A DNA stretch of 60,770 nucleotides, counting the filler. It is 4 parts of 4 records of this genome, joined end to end, with 100 filler letters (N's around TTAATTAATTAA, not from the genome) between each part and the next. Parts side by side here need not be neighbours in the genome. Positions count along the whole stretch, not along the records: positions 37,787 to 54,458 come from SRR20825006_723; positions 54,559 to 60,770 come from SRR20825006_734; 2 more parts are not named here. One strand, given 5' to 3'. Below are positions 51,801 through 59,506 of the stretch, in pieces (the stretch's first letter is position 1; each line of letters opens with the position of its first letter). The translations under genes and the position numbers were made by a program. The notes below the pieces were generated by a model that made no database searches, was not told the DNA's origin, and saw only the letters and a program-made list of their open reading frames with translations.

Positions 51801-51934
51801 ACCATTACGTTTGCGCCGGGAATGGGTATACCGGATTCTGAATCGGTCACTGTTCCTGTAATGGTTTTTTCTTGCGCAAAAGAAACCATACAACACAAAA
51901 CCGTAATAAAACTTACAAATAAATGTTTCTTCAT
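48881..51934 (-). CDS. susC: SusC/RagA TonB-dependent transporter
   Basis: EVVVVGYG, PLYVVDG, ILKDASATAIYGSRGANGVVLITTK, LKWETT, IEDASFIRLRN and a terminal F. Confidence 0.96.
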   Translation of the reverse strand: MKKHLFVSFITVLCCMVSFAQEKTITGTVTDSESGIPIPGANVMVQNTTKGAVTDFDGNYSISVEEGATLLFTYIGYKEKKVLVGGANAINVSMEISASELEEVVVVGYGSQKKSDLTGAIASLSSEDLTSGGSVSNVAQAIQGKASGVVVTQNSKAPGGSMSIRIRGNNSVSSTNEPLYVVDGFPTDNGVNINPDDIASMEILKDASATAIYGSRGANGVVLITTKRGKEGVSSITVNSYTSVQNVINPFNMLNGKDYMNLANDLYMEIPGQEGQTNGVYTKSQLQSDVNTDWVDATTRTGIIQNYGFQITGGTEKTKILTSVGYFDQDGVLKNTNFSRVSGRINIDHQINNFMKTGVSMMAQREKSNYQIYSGNILNSNVLYSILTYDPTVPVYNSDGSFARPPGGRGDNPLANLHARQNDSQKDAFNGTLYFEFDLAKGLKARMDAGTEIRYEGIGTYLSRDSYQGSIDNGVASTVDYNLTHNLFDLFLTYDKQFAENHKFQIMGGYSYEKYVNTQKGINVYGFSTDIFGYNNLGAASTITGVSSYKSENSLASFFGRANYTFSDKYLLTFTVRADGSSRFGEDNRWGVFPSGSFAWRVINESFMENQKMFSDLKFRIGYGKTGNERIGNYASYGLVSNASYTFNGEQNSSGTYLNNTSPENSKLKWETTDQYNVGVDFGFFNNRLKFNLDGYYKETKNLLIRTNLPLYTGYRSGLNNVGAIENKGFEFGVESKNFVKENFTWSTLLNFAVNRNKVKSLGGQSEILLTSSKPVGNVSEEAYAIIREEEPLGSLFGYKYVGVLQQGETYAAQPNSVAGDPLFEDVNGDGIISSADRTIIGNASPDVTFGFTNNFTYKDFDFSVFIYGNAGNDLLNMSRMNLEWNRTQESLNRWTPQNTDTDLPRNGFYYSQYGGYVNNHFIEDASFIRLRNLTVGYTLPLESESIRSIRLYLMGENLFTITSYSGWDPEVDTKGYENNNGISSGGNQQAANAGAGLDFNSYPSMLTFTFGLSVNF

Positions 51935-52038
51935 TATTAAAAAATTAGGTTAGTAATTTATGTTAAACTCAAATTCTTGTTGAAAAAGCAATGTTATACA
52001 ACTTTTAAACAAACATACACACAACAAAAACTTTCATT

Positions 52039-52052
52039 TACATTGCAATGTA
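52039..52052. promoter_or_regulatory. Perfect 14-bp palindrome, candidate operator in the divergent susC/agaS intergenic region
   Basis: TACATTGCAATGTA is its own reverse complement. Confidence 0.45.
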
Positions 52053-52222
52053 TAAAAATATTACAATTAAACAAAAAATAATAAATATTTAACTTTCGAA
52101 ATTGTTTTAAAAACACAAAAAAACATATAAAACGAAAATAAAAAGCTTATGTGATAATTTTTATTTTCGAATTATTTTCTTTTAATTTGCGTAAGATGAC
52201 TATTAGTCTTCACTATATAAAT

Positions 52223-53368
52223 ATGAAAAAGATGAATAATAATACTGAAAGCTGTCAAGATCTTTATACTGTTCAAGAAATTAATGCACAGCCTAGATTA
52301 TGGTTAGAGACTTTTCTTCTACTGAAAAAAAATAAAGAAGACATCTCTAATTATTTACAACCTATTTTAGATATCAATAATCTTAGAATAATTGTAACTG
52401 GTGCAGGTTCTTCAGCATTTATTGGAGAGGCAGCTCAAAGCATCATTCAAAAGCAAACCAACCAGTTAACGCAACCTATTGCTACCACAGACCTTGTTAC
52501 GCATCCAGATTTTTTCTTTATAAAAGACACTCCTACCTTATTAATTTCTTTTGCAAGATCTGGTAATAGCCCAGAAAGTCTAGAAGCAGTTTCCTTAGCA
52601 GATAAATATTGTAATAATGTTCACCACTTAATTATTACTTGTAATAAAAATGGAGAATTAGCCAATTACAATAAGGAAACAAAAAGTCCATGTTATAGTA
52701 TTATTTTACCAGAAGAAACTAATGATAAAAGTTTAGCAATGACAAGTAGTTTTACCTGTATGCTTCTTACCGCTATATTAGTTTCAGACATTAAAAACAT
52801 AGACAAAAAAGAACAAGTTCTAGAAACTATATGTAAACAGGCTACTACTATTATAAAAAATCAAGAAATTTTTTCTAAAATAGCAGAAAGAGCCTTTGAA
52901 AGAGTCGTGTTTTTAGGTTCTGGAGAGAAATTAGGTATTGCGAGAGAATCTCATTTAAAATTACAAGAATTAACTGACGGTAAGGTTATTTGTAAATTCG
53001 ATTCGTTTTTAGGTTTTAGACATGGACCAAGAGCTGTGGTTAACGCAAACACACTGCTTGTATATTTATTTTCTGAAGATGAGCACGCCTTTAAATATGA
53101 AAAGGATTTAGTGGAAGACATCGCTAAAGATCCTAGAAATATTCAATCTATTTTGGTTGGAGGCTTCAATGATATAACTATTGAAAATTCTACTAGAATT
53201 CCTTTTCAAGCGGTTAACAACAATATATTACAACTAATTCCTGTTACATTAATAGGTCAGCTTTTAGGGTTGCACAAATCGCTAAACTTAGGCTTAAACC
53301 CAGACAACCCTTCGGTTTCTGGAGCTATTAACAGAGTGGTTCAAGGAGTTAATATTTACAAAAAATAA
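52223..53368 (+). CDS. agaS: SIS-domain galactosamine-6-phosphate deaminase/isomerase (AgaS-like)
   Basis: EINAQP..W, TGAGSSAFIG, SFARSGNSPES, AMTSSFT, LKLQELTDG, GFRHGP and PDNPS..G.INRVVQGV motifs. Confidence 0.85.
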   Translation: MKKMNNNTESCQDLYTVQEINAQPRLWLETFLLLKKNKEDISNYLQPILDINNLRIIVTGAGSSAFIGEAAQSIIQKQTNQLTQPIATTDLVTHPDFFFIKDTPTLLISFARSGNSPESLEAVSLADKYCNNVHHLIITCNKNGELANYNKETKSPCYSIILPEETNDKSLAMTSSFTCMLLTAILVSDIKNIDKKEQVLETICKQATTIIKNQEIFSKIAERAFERVVFLGSGEKLGIARESHLKLQELTDGKVICKFDSFLGFRHGPRAVVNANTLLVYLFSEDEHAFKYEKDLVEDIAKDPRNIQSILVGGFNDITIENSTRIPFQAVNNNILQLIPVTLIGQLLGLHKSLNLGLNPDNPSVSGAINRVVQGVNIYKK

Positions 53369-53372
53369 TGAA

Positions 53373-54311
53373 ATGATCTTAACTGTTTGTCCAAATCCAT
53401 CTATAGACACCTATGCTTGGCTAGAAAATATAGAAGCTAAAAAAGCAAATAGGATATTAGCATTAAAAGAGTATCCTGGAGGAAAAGCTACGCATGTTGC
53501 CTTTGCATTAAAGGAGCTTAATATGGCAACCACACTTTTTGGAAACTGGGCAGGGACAACAGGACAATGGATCAAAACTGCTTGCAGCACTAAAAATATA
53601 GACGTTGATGGAATAACACTTGATGATGGACAGAACAGAAAATGCTATACGTTTAGATCCTCGCTAGCTGCTTTTAACAATACTGAACTTTTAGAGCCAG
53701 GGCCAAAATTTAAAGAAACAGATTGGGAGTTATTTACAACAGCATTTCAACAATCGGTTTCCAAACATTCTCTAGTATGCATCTCTGGATCGTGGCCTAA
53801 AGGAGCTCCAGAAAATGCTTATAATTTGTTGATTGAAATTTGTAATCGTCAGCAAAAAAAAGTAATTATTGATTGCTCAGGAGAACAACTAAAAAACGCA
53901 TTACAACAATCACTTTTTGGCCTCCATATTAATGAAGACGAGTTAAAATCTATATATAAAGAAGATTCAATTCCGTCTATTATAAAAAAGTTAAGCGTAA
54001 AGGTAGAACTTATCGCTATAACAAAAGGAAAAGAAGGTTTATGGTTATACTACCAAGGGAAATTAATCCATGCAAATGTAACCATTGATAAGGTGCTAAG
54101 CACCGTTGGTAGTGGCGACTGCCTTACCGCAGGAATTACTTATGCAGTTGAAAAAAACCTCAACATGGAAAATATTGCCAGGTATGGCGTTGCATGTGGA
54201 GCAGCCAATTGTTTAAATGAAGACTTAGGAATGCTTAAAATTGAAGATGTAAACAAGCTACTGCCAAAAGTAATAGTAACACCTCTTGAAAATAAGCTTA
54301 TGAATAATTAG
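53373..54311 (+). CDS. 1-phosphofructokinase-family (PfkB) hexose kinase, probable tagatose-6-phosphate kinase
   Basis: MILTV.PNPSID, PGGKA, SGS.P.G and STVGSGD motifs, directly after agaS. Confidence 0.85.
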   Translation: MILTVCPNPSIDTYAWLENIEAKKANRILALKEYPGGKATHVAFALKELNMATTLFGNWAGTTGQWIKTACSTKNIDVDGITLDDGQNRKCYTFRSSLAAFNNTELLEPGPKFKETDWELFTTAFQQSVSKHSLVCISGSWPKGAPENAYNLLIEICNRQQKKVIIDCSGEQLKNALQQSLFGLHINEDELKSIYKEDSIPSIIKKLSVKVELIAITKGKEGLWLYYQGKLIHANVTIDKVLSTVGSGDCLTAGITYAVEKNLNMENIARYGVACGAANCLNEDLGMLKIEDVNKLLPKVIVTPLENKLMNN

Positions 54312-54361
54312 AAGGAGAAACTGAAAAAATGGCCACAAAAGTAAATATCAAAATAATCAAC

Positions 54362-54458
54362 TACCTCAAGGCAAGTCTACGAGGTATTCAAATTAAAGAT
54401 GATTTAATCCATTTCGACGTAGAACACCTCGATATACTCAGAACAGGCTCTGGGGAAT
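54362..54458 (+). repeat. Palindromic intergenic repeat element, including 43-bp direct repeat copy 2 at contig end
   Basis: TACCTC..GAGGTA hairpin (54362-54386), then 54416-54458 matching 37787-37829 at 40/43. Confidence 0.8.
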
Positions 54459-54558
54459 NNNNNNNNNNNNNNNNNNNNNNNNNNNNNNNNNNNNNNNNNN
54501 NNTTAATTAATTAANNNNNNNNNNNNNNNNNNNNNNNNNNNNNNNNNNNNNNNNNNNN
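54459..54558. other. Artificial contig-joining spacer
   Basis: 44 N + TTAATTAATTAA + 44 N. Confidence 0.97.
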
Positions 54559-54590
54559 CGGATTACGCCTTTCAGGCTAATCCGACCTAC
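54559..54590 (-). repeat. GTAG-type REP element (partial, at contig edge)
   Basis: Minus strand reads GTAGGTCGGATTAGCCTGAAAGGCGTAATCCG: a GTAG tetranucleotide followed by an imperfect hairpin. Confidence 0.8.
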
Positions 54591-54637
54591 TTTTTAAAGA
54601 GAGGGGAGCGGGGCCGTAACCTGTTTATTGAAGAATC

Positions 54638-54667
54638 AAAAAAGGCGCCATAGCCGGCGCCTTTTTT
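54638..54667 (-). terminator. Intrinsic (bidirectional-type) terminator after the PHP lipoprotein gene
   Basis: AAAAAAGGCGCC-ATAGCC-GGCGCCTTTTTT. Confidence 0.85.
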
Positions 54668-54687
54668 AATCCGTGCACTATGGTGAT

Positions 54688-57399
54688 CTAGAGCGTGGCC
54701 TCGCACACTGGCAGAGCGCTGGCTCCGGGCATTACCCAGATCGGGCTGCTGAAGGCCACCGGGCGACCGGTTTGTGGATCACGGACGCGCAGGAAGTAGT
54801 AACTTTCCTCATTAGTGACCGGCACCAGGGTTTCCACGTGGTTGCCCGTTAAAGTCGCGACTACCGTGTTGTTGCGGGTCACCACTTCCACGATGCCAAT
54901 AAAGTCACCGCCGTCCCGAGTCAGGTTGACCGACAGCGGCAGTTGGCTGCCTGCCGGGCGACGCAAGCGGCTACCCATTGGTGCGCCATCCACGGTGAAG
55001 GTCATGCGCAGGTCGTTATAGAACTGGGCCACTGCATAGAAGCGCCGGGCTTGCATGGCTTCGCGTAAATCATCGCGGCTGCGCGAACGGGCCACCAGCA
55101 CGGTTTTAGGCAGGTCCGGGTCACCCCATTCGGTATCGTGGTGATCTTCGGAGCCTGCCGCACCCACGTGCCAGCCTTTGTCCAGCGCGTAGGACAGCCA
55201 GCTGCCACCGGGGCCGCCGGAATCGTACTCTGAGCCTTTGCCAAAGACTTCCAGCCCGACTACACGACGATCTGCTGCCGGCACGTAGCGGAAATCATTG
55301 AAGGTGTAGGCGGGATCGCCACCCAGGGGTTCCACGATGCCTTCAATGGCGTCTTCGCGACCGGGGTGGTTGAACACCAGCAGGGCGTCGTCACCACCAC
55401 CGAACTGTGCCGGGTAGCTGAACCACTGCCAGAACAGGCCCATGGAAACGGCATAACCAGGACCCGTTTTGGCGTTGATCACATTGTCTCCAAAGAACAG
55501 GTTGATGTGACCAAAGCGGTCGGAGGTCCATTCGAAACCGCGGAAGGCGGTGAAGTTTTCATCGCTGGCAGCGTCGGCCTGTTCTGCTGTGGCGTCCCAC
55601 TTGCGGAAAGAATCGAACGGGACGTCGTCATCAGCGATCAGGCACTGGAAAAAATCTTCAGACAGGCAATCGCCGGTTACCGTCAGGGGAAGCCGCACAT
55701 TGTCGGAATGGTCGGTAACCCCGGTGAAATCTAGACCCTGCGTTTTTACGCGTTCGAACACATCTGAAGGGCGGGAGTTGAGGGCGCCGTCGGAGTAACC
55801 GGTGTGTGCGTGTAATACCCCGATGTATTGTTCAAACGTGCGGCTGTCGTAGGCCGGGGTGCAAGTGTTGGTTGGTGCCTGCGGGGGCAGGGTTTCCAGC
55901 ACGTATAGAGGGTCCGTGATTTTCCCCAGCAGGCTGGTGCAACCATCGTCGGTGGGCTGTTCGAAGCAGTGGGCCAGGTCTTCGTCCAGGCTGGCCAGAC
56001 CGGAGAAGGGGCAGGCGGGCGAGTTTGGGTTGCTGAAACAGGCGCTGACACTGTCTGGGTTAAGAAGATTGCCAAGGACGGCCAGCGGGCAGCCGCTTTG
56101 CAGGGGGCGGAACAGGCATTCCAGTACGCCGGGTGAGGGTTGCGTGGTGGGTGTGCCTTGCAGGGTGATGTCGCTATATGCTTCTAGTGCACCGTCATTG
56201 GCGGTGAAGCGGAAGGCGAAGGTGGTGGCGATATCCAGCTCGGGTAGCGTTACCGAGGCGGTTGCCTGGCTGGAATCAGTGATGGCCAGAGTCGGAGCGC
56301 CATTGTCCAGTTGAGTCCAGACATAGATGAGCGCATCACCTTCCCGGTCGCTGGCCTCACCAATGAGCTGAATGGATTCGCCGCTGGTGGCCACGCCGGG
56401 ATCAGCATAGGCGTCGTCTACGGTGGGGGCATTATTACCCGGTAGCGGGGAAAGCGTGATGGTGAGGGAGTCGCTGGCTTCAGCGCCCAGATCATCTGTG
56501 GCAGTGAGGGTCACTATCAGGCTGGTTTCCTCGCTGACCTGGGGGGCGGTGAAATGGGTGTTCAGGTCATTCCCGGGCTGGAAGGTCACGGCGGGGCCAG
56601 CGGTCACCTGCCAGCGTACCGAAGCGATGGAGCCGTCATCGTTGGCGTTGCCAGACAGCATAATTTGATCACCACTGGAGGCAGTCTGGTCAGCCCCGGC
56701 ATCGACCACCGGTAGCGGATTGTTCAGAGTGTTGGTGATCGTCACCGTTACCTGATCCCTGCCTGAGTTGCCGGCACTGTCTTCGGCTTCCAGTTCGAAT
56801 ATCAGGTTGGTGTTGCTGCTCACCTGTGGAGCTGTGGCCGTCAGCAGGTTCTGGTCGCTGGCGCCGTCGAGAGTGGCGGTAGGCCCTTCAAGCTGGCGCC
56901 ACTGCAGGCGTCGAATGGTTGTGCTGCCGGCGGCAGTGGCGCTGCCCTGCAAGGTGAAGAGGGCGGTTTCTTCCACCGTCTGATCCATGCCTGCATCCAC
57001 CGTGGGCGCCGTGGTGCTGACTGGCGTCACGGTTAAAGGATGGCGAAGGGTGGTGCTGGCTCCGTCGTCGTCATACAGCCGAACGACCACGGCGGCGGCA
57101 GTATCCGTGCCGACGGCATCGGCACGAATCTGAATGAAGGCGTCGGTTGTGGCTTCAATAGACAATGGCCCTTCCACGGCCCACTGGATATTGATGACTT
57201 CGCCATCCTCATCACTGACTTGCAGCTGGAAGGTCCTGCTGCTGCCTCCCGTCATGGTACTGTCGCCGGTCAGGCTGCCTGTCGGAGCCTGATTTTGCGG
57301 CGTGTTGGGTGCCGGGCCGGTATTGCTGCTACTGCCACCGCCGCCACAGGCAACCAGTAGAGCGGCCAGTAAGCTGAGAATAACGTTATTACGCCACAT
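54688..57399 (-). CDS. Lipoprotein with PKD/Ig-like repeats and a C-terminal PHP (CehA/McbA-like) metallohydrolase domain
   Basis: RBS GGGGAG then MWRNNVILSLLAALLVAC-GGGG lipobox. P.VDAG.DQ repeats, then LHAHTGYSDG, TDHSD, GFEWT, GHIN, FNHPG and GSEDHH. Confidence 0.82.
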   Translation of the reverse strand: MWRNNVILSLLAALLVACGGGGSSSNTGPAPNTPQNQAPTGSLTGDSTMTGGSSRTFQLQVSDEDGEVINIQWAVEGPLSIEATTDAFIQIRADAVGTDTAAAVVVRLYDDDGASTTLRHPLTVTPVSTTAPTVDAGMDQTVEETALFTLQGSATAAGSTTIRRLQWRQLEGPTATLDGASDQNLLTATAPQVSSNTNLIFELEAEDSAGNSGRDQVTVTITNTLNNPLPVVDAGADQTASSGDQIMLSGNANDDGSIASVRWQVTAGPAVTFQPGNDLNTHFTAPQVSEETSLIVTLTATDDLGAEASDSLTITLSPLPGNNAPTVDDAYADPGVATSGESIQLIGEASDREGDALIYVWTQLDNGAPTLAITDSSQATASVTLPELDIATTFAFRFTANDGALEAYSDITLQGTPTTQPSPGVLECLFRPLQSGCPLAVLGNLLNPDSVSACFSNPNSPACPFSGLASLDEDLAHCFEQPTDDGCTSLLGKITDPLYVLETLPPQAPTNTCTPAYDSRTFEQYIGVLHAHTGYSDGALNSRPSDVFERVKTQGLDFTGVTDHSDNVRLPLTVTGDCLSEDFFQCLIADDDVPFDSFRKWDATAEQADAASDENFTAFRGFEWTSDRFGHINLFFGDNVINAKTGPGYAVSMGLFWQWFSYPAQFGGGDDALLVFNHPGREDAIEGIVEPLGGDPAYTFNDFRYVPAADRRVVGLEVFGKGSEYDSGGPGGSWLSYALDKGWHVGAAGSEDHHDTEWGDPDLPKTVLVARSRSRDDLREAMQARRFYAVAQFYNDLRMTFTVDGAPMGSRLRRPAGSQLPLSVNLTRDGGDFIGIVEVVTRNNTVVATLTGNHVETLVPVTNEESYYFLRVRDPQTGRPVAFSSPIWVMPGASALPVCEATL

Positions 57400-57618
57400 G
57401 ATCAGGATCTCCCCCATTAAAAACGCGCCGATGCTGACGGGTGGGTATGAACAAACCATGACGGTAAAAATGGCGTGGCTTACGCAAGGTTACAAAACAG
57501 GGTCGGGGAGGCTATTTTCGGGCAAAACAGTGCTTGAACGGGTAAAAAGCGATAACAAAAAACAGGCAATTCAAAATGTTGTTCAGGCTGCCAGGGGCAA
57601 CATAGAGAGGGATTTCTG

Positions 57619-58008
57619 TCAGGAATATTTCAGTGGTTTTTTGCCCAGCAAAAAGAGCAAGGCGTTACGGCAGGCTTTGAGTATAGGATAAAGAAAGCGA
57701 GACAATGAGCGAGACCGGAACAGTTGTGCATTGATCCGATTGAAAAGGCCGCTACCGCTGCTCAGTAGCGCCATATGATGGATGGCATCGGCACCATGAA
57801 AGTAGCGGCCGTTAAATATCAGAACCATGCCGTCATCGAGGGGCATGTTCCGCTGCTGCATCTGTAGTACCCAGCTCGGCGCTTTACGTGCATCAATGAG
57901 GTGCAGGGTGCCCACGGTGTCGCGAAAGCGAACAAAGCGCACATAGTTTCGGCAGGCAGGACATTCGCCATCGTAAATCAGATAGGTGTCGTGTGGATCA
58001 GGGATCAT
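57619..58008 (-). CDS. DCC1-like (DUF393) thiol-disulfide oxidoreductase
   Basis: LIYDGECPAC and G.YFHGADA motifs. ATG 58008 overlaps the upstream TGA (ATGA). Confidence 0.88.
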   Translation of the reverse strand: MIPDPHDTYLIYDGECPACRNYVRFVRFRDTVGTLHLIDARKAPSWVLQMQQRNMPLDDGMVLIFNGRYFHGADAIHHMALLSSGSGLFNRINAQLFRSRSLSRFLYPILKACRNALLFLLGKKPLKYS

Positions 58009-58928
58009 GGGGAATAGACCAAGAGGCTCAGCCACGGAAATTCATAGACACAAAGTAACAGGAATAATCCCAGGTAGCCCAGCCTTAAGCCGGCCACCTC
58101 GTTGGGAACCAGGCAGTACCCCCAGATGATGATCAGCCAGCCAAAACCAATAACCGGTGCTACAGCGTAAACAGGAATGATAAACGCCATCAGGAGCAGG
58201 TGTTTGAAAATTTCACCGCGCCGAGAGAGCGGCAACAACAACATGATGGCAATGGCAATCTGGTCTATGTAGTTGACCCAGGTAATGATTAAAGCCAGAC
58301 GATGAAGCGCCTCGGAACTGTGCAGTGTGGCGGTGGCTTGATCGGCCAGTAAGGGATCGAGGGCTCGCACATAGAGCTGGCGGTTTTCAGAAAAAAGCTC
58401 AGCTTCCATGCCGGTTACCAATGATCCAAGGGCACTGAAGCGGCTATCTGTCATGAGAATAAACTCAAAGAAATCGCCACTCAGGTAATCCGGAGAGAAG
58501 GTTTTCTGTACCACGGCCATGACCATGGTGAAGAAAAGTAGATAGCGAGCGCAGCGCCTCAGAAAAGCCGGGCGATCAAGCCCGTTGTCGAATGCCAGGA
58601 ACAGGCTGAACACCCAGTAGCAGAGCAGGTATTTGTGGTTGTCCGCGTGGGTCCAATTCAGCCACAGGGCTGCGGTACTGAACAGGAAGACCACAAACCA
58701 GAACGGGCCTTGCCGCAGCAGGGCTGGCCAGACCAGGTAACTGATGACCAGCAGCTGGAAGGGAATGGCGAAATAGACATGGGGGAATCCATGAAAGATG
58801 AGGATCCCCAGGGTTAACGCCCCGACGACAGCAAGAAAATCCTGCTGCTCCCGGCCACACAACTTTTCCAGTAGTGGTGACTTGAGAGTGGTGCTCAGTC
58901 GCTGATAAATAGCGTCAGGATTTAACAC
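58005..58928 (-). CDS. HTTM-like (SdpB/vitamin K-dependent carboxylase-related) multi-pass membrane protein
   Basis: Many TM segments. ADNHKYLLCYW and MAVVQKTFSPDYLSG align by eye with YNNHYYLLML and YASIAKIYPDWLDA in the HTTM protein at 24106-25464. Confidence 0.65.
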   Translation of the reverse strand: MLNPDAIYQRLSTTLKSPLLEKLCGREQQDFLAVVGALTLGILIFHGFPHVYFAIPFQLLVISYLVWPALLRQGPFWFVVFLFSTAALWLNWTHADNHKYLLCYWVFSLFLAFDNGLDRPAFLRRCARYLLFFTMVMAVVQKTFSPDYLSGDFFEFILMTDSRFSALGSLVTGMEAELFSENRQLYVRALDPLLADQATATLHSSEALHRLALIITWVNYIDQIAIAIMLLLPLSRRGEIFKHLLLMAFIIPVYAVAPVIGFGWLIIIWGYCLVPNEVAGLRLGYLGLFLLLCVYEFPWLSLLVYSP

Positions 58929-59466
58929 GGCAGCCCTCCGCGCTATTCCAATGGGCGTTGCCCAGAGGGACGCGGGTAAGGGTGCCGGTGGGCACGTCGA
59001 GCAAGGTTTTCCATGCTGCCAGCTGTATGTCAGTTACGGTCAGGGGCTGATGGCTACTGGTTTTGTCTCCGGAAAGGCCGGCAACAGCGTAGCTGCGCAA
59101 GGTCTGATCATTCAGGGTCACGGTTCGCACCGTGCCGCTGGGGAGCCACACTTTATTGGCGGCATAGCGACAAAGGAACAGCAGGTTCTCTGCTGTTGGC
59201 ATGGCGTTGAAATGAGCCAGTGGCCGACCCAGGGCCTGGTTGTTGGCAATAAATGATTGCTCTGGTGTTTCAAGCATGATCGACACTACCCGGGTGCCGG
59301 GGGCATCCTGGGTGGCGAACATACCCATTCCGCCGCCTTTCCATTGCGACAGATCGTTATAGGTGACGTGGTAGAAGTGGTTGAAAAGAATCGCCAGCGA
59401 AGCCGCCACCAGCAAAAGGAAAAGGCGTACTTCCGCATATTGGCTGCTGGATAAGAACTGTTTCAT
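58915..59466 (-). CDS. Membrane-anchored protein, SdpA-like/HTTM partner (inferred)
   Basis: One N-terminal TM segment followed by LSQWKGGGMGMFATQDAP. Overlaps the downstream HTTM gene by 14 nt. True start probably ATG 59466. Confidence 0.55.
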   Translation of the reverse strand: MKQFLSSSQYAEVRLFLLLVAASLAILFNHFYHVTYNDLSQWKGGGMGMFATQDAPGTRVVSIMLETPEQSFIANNQALGRPLAHFNAMPTAENLLFLCRYAANKVWLPSGTVRTVTLNDQTLRSYAVAGLSGDKTSSHQPLTVTDIQLAAWKTLLDVPTGTLTRVPLGNAHWNSAEGCRVKS

Positions 59467-59476
59467 CTTGATTAGG

Positions 59477-59500
59477 CGGGCTGCCCAAGCGGGCAGCCCG
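59477..59500 (-). promoter_or_regulatory. GC-rich intercistronic hairpin between the peptide gene and the modification genes
   Basis: CGGGCTGCCC-AAGC-GGGCAGCCCG perfect 10-bp stem with no U tract. Confidence 0.7.
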
Positions 59501-59506
59501 TAGAGA

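Noticed and set aside
54329-54514. 61-aa ORF after the PfkB kinase (and the similar ORF at 37248-37742)
   Set aside because: It runs through a repeat element and N spacer and ends at the linker stop, so it is an artefact.
24106-59466. Functional link between the two HTTM genes
   Set aside because: They are on different contigs from different phyla. The pair is useful only for motif comparison.
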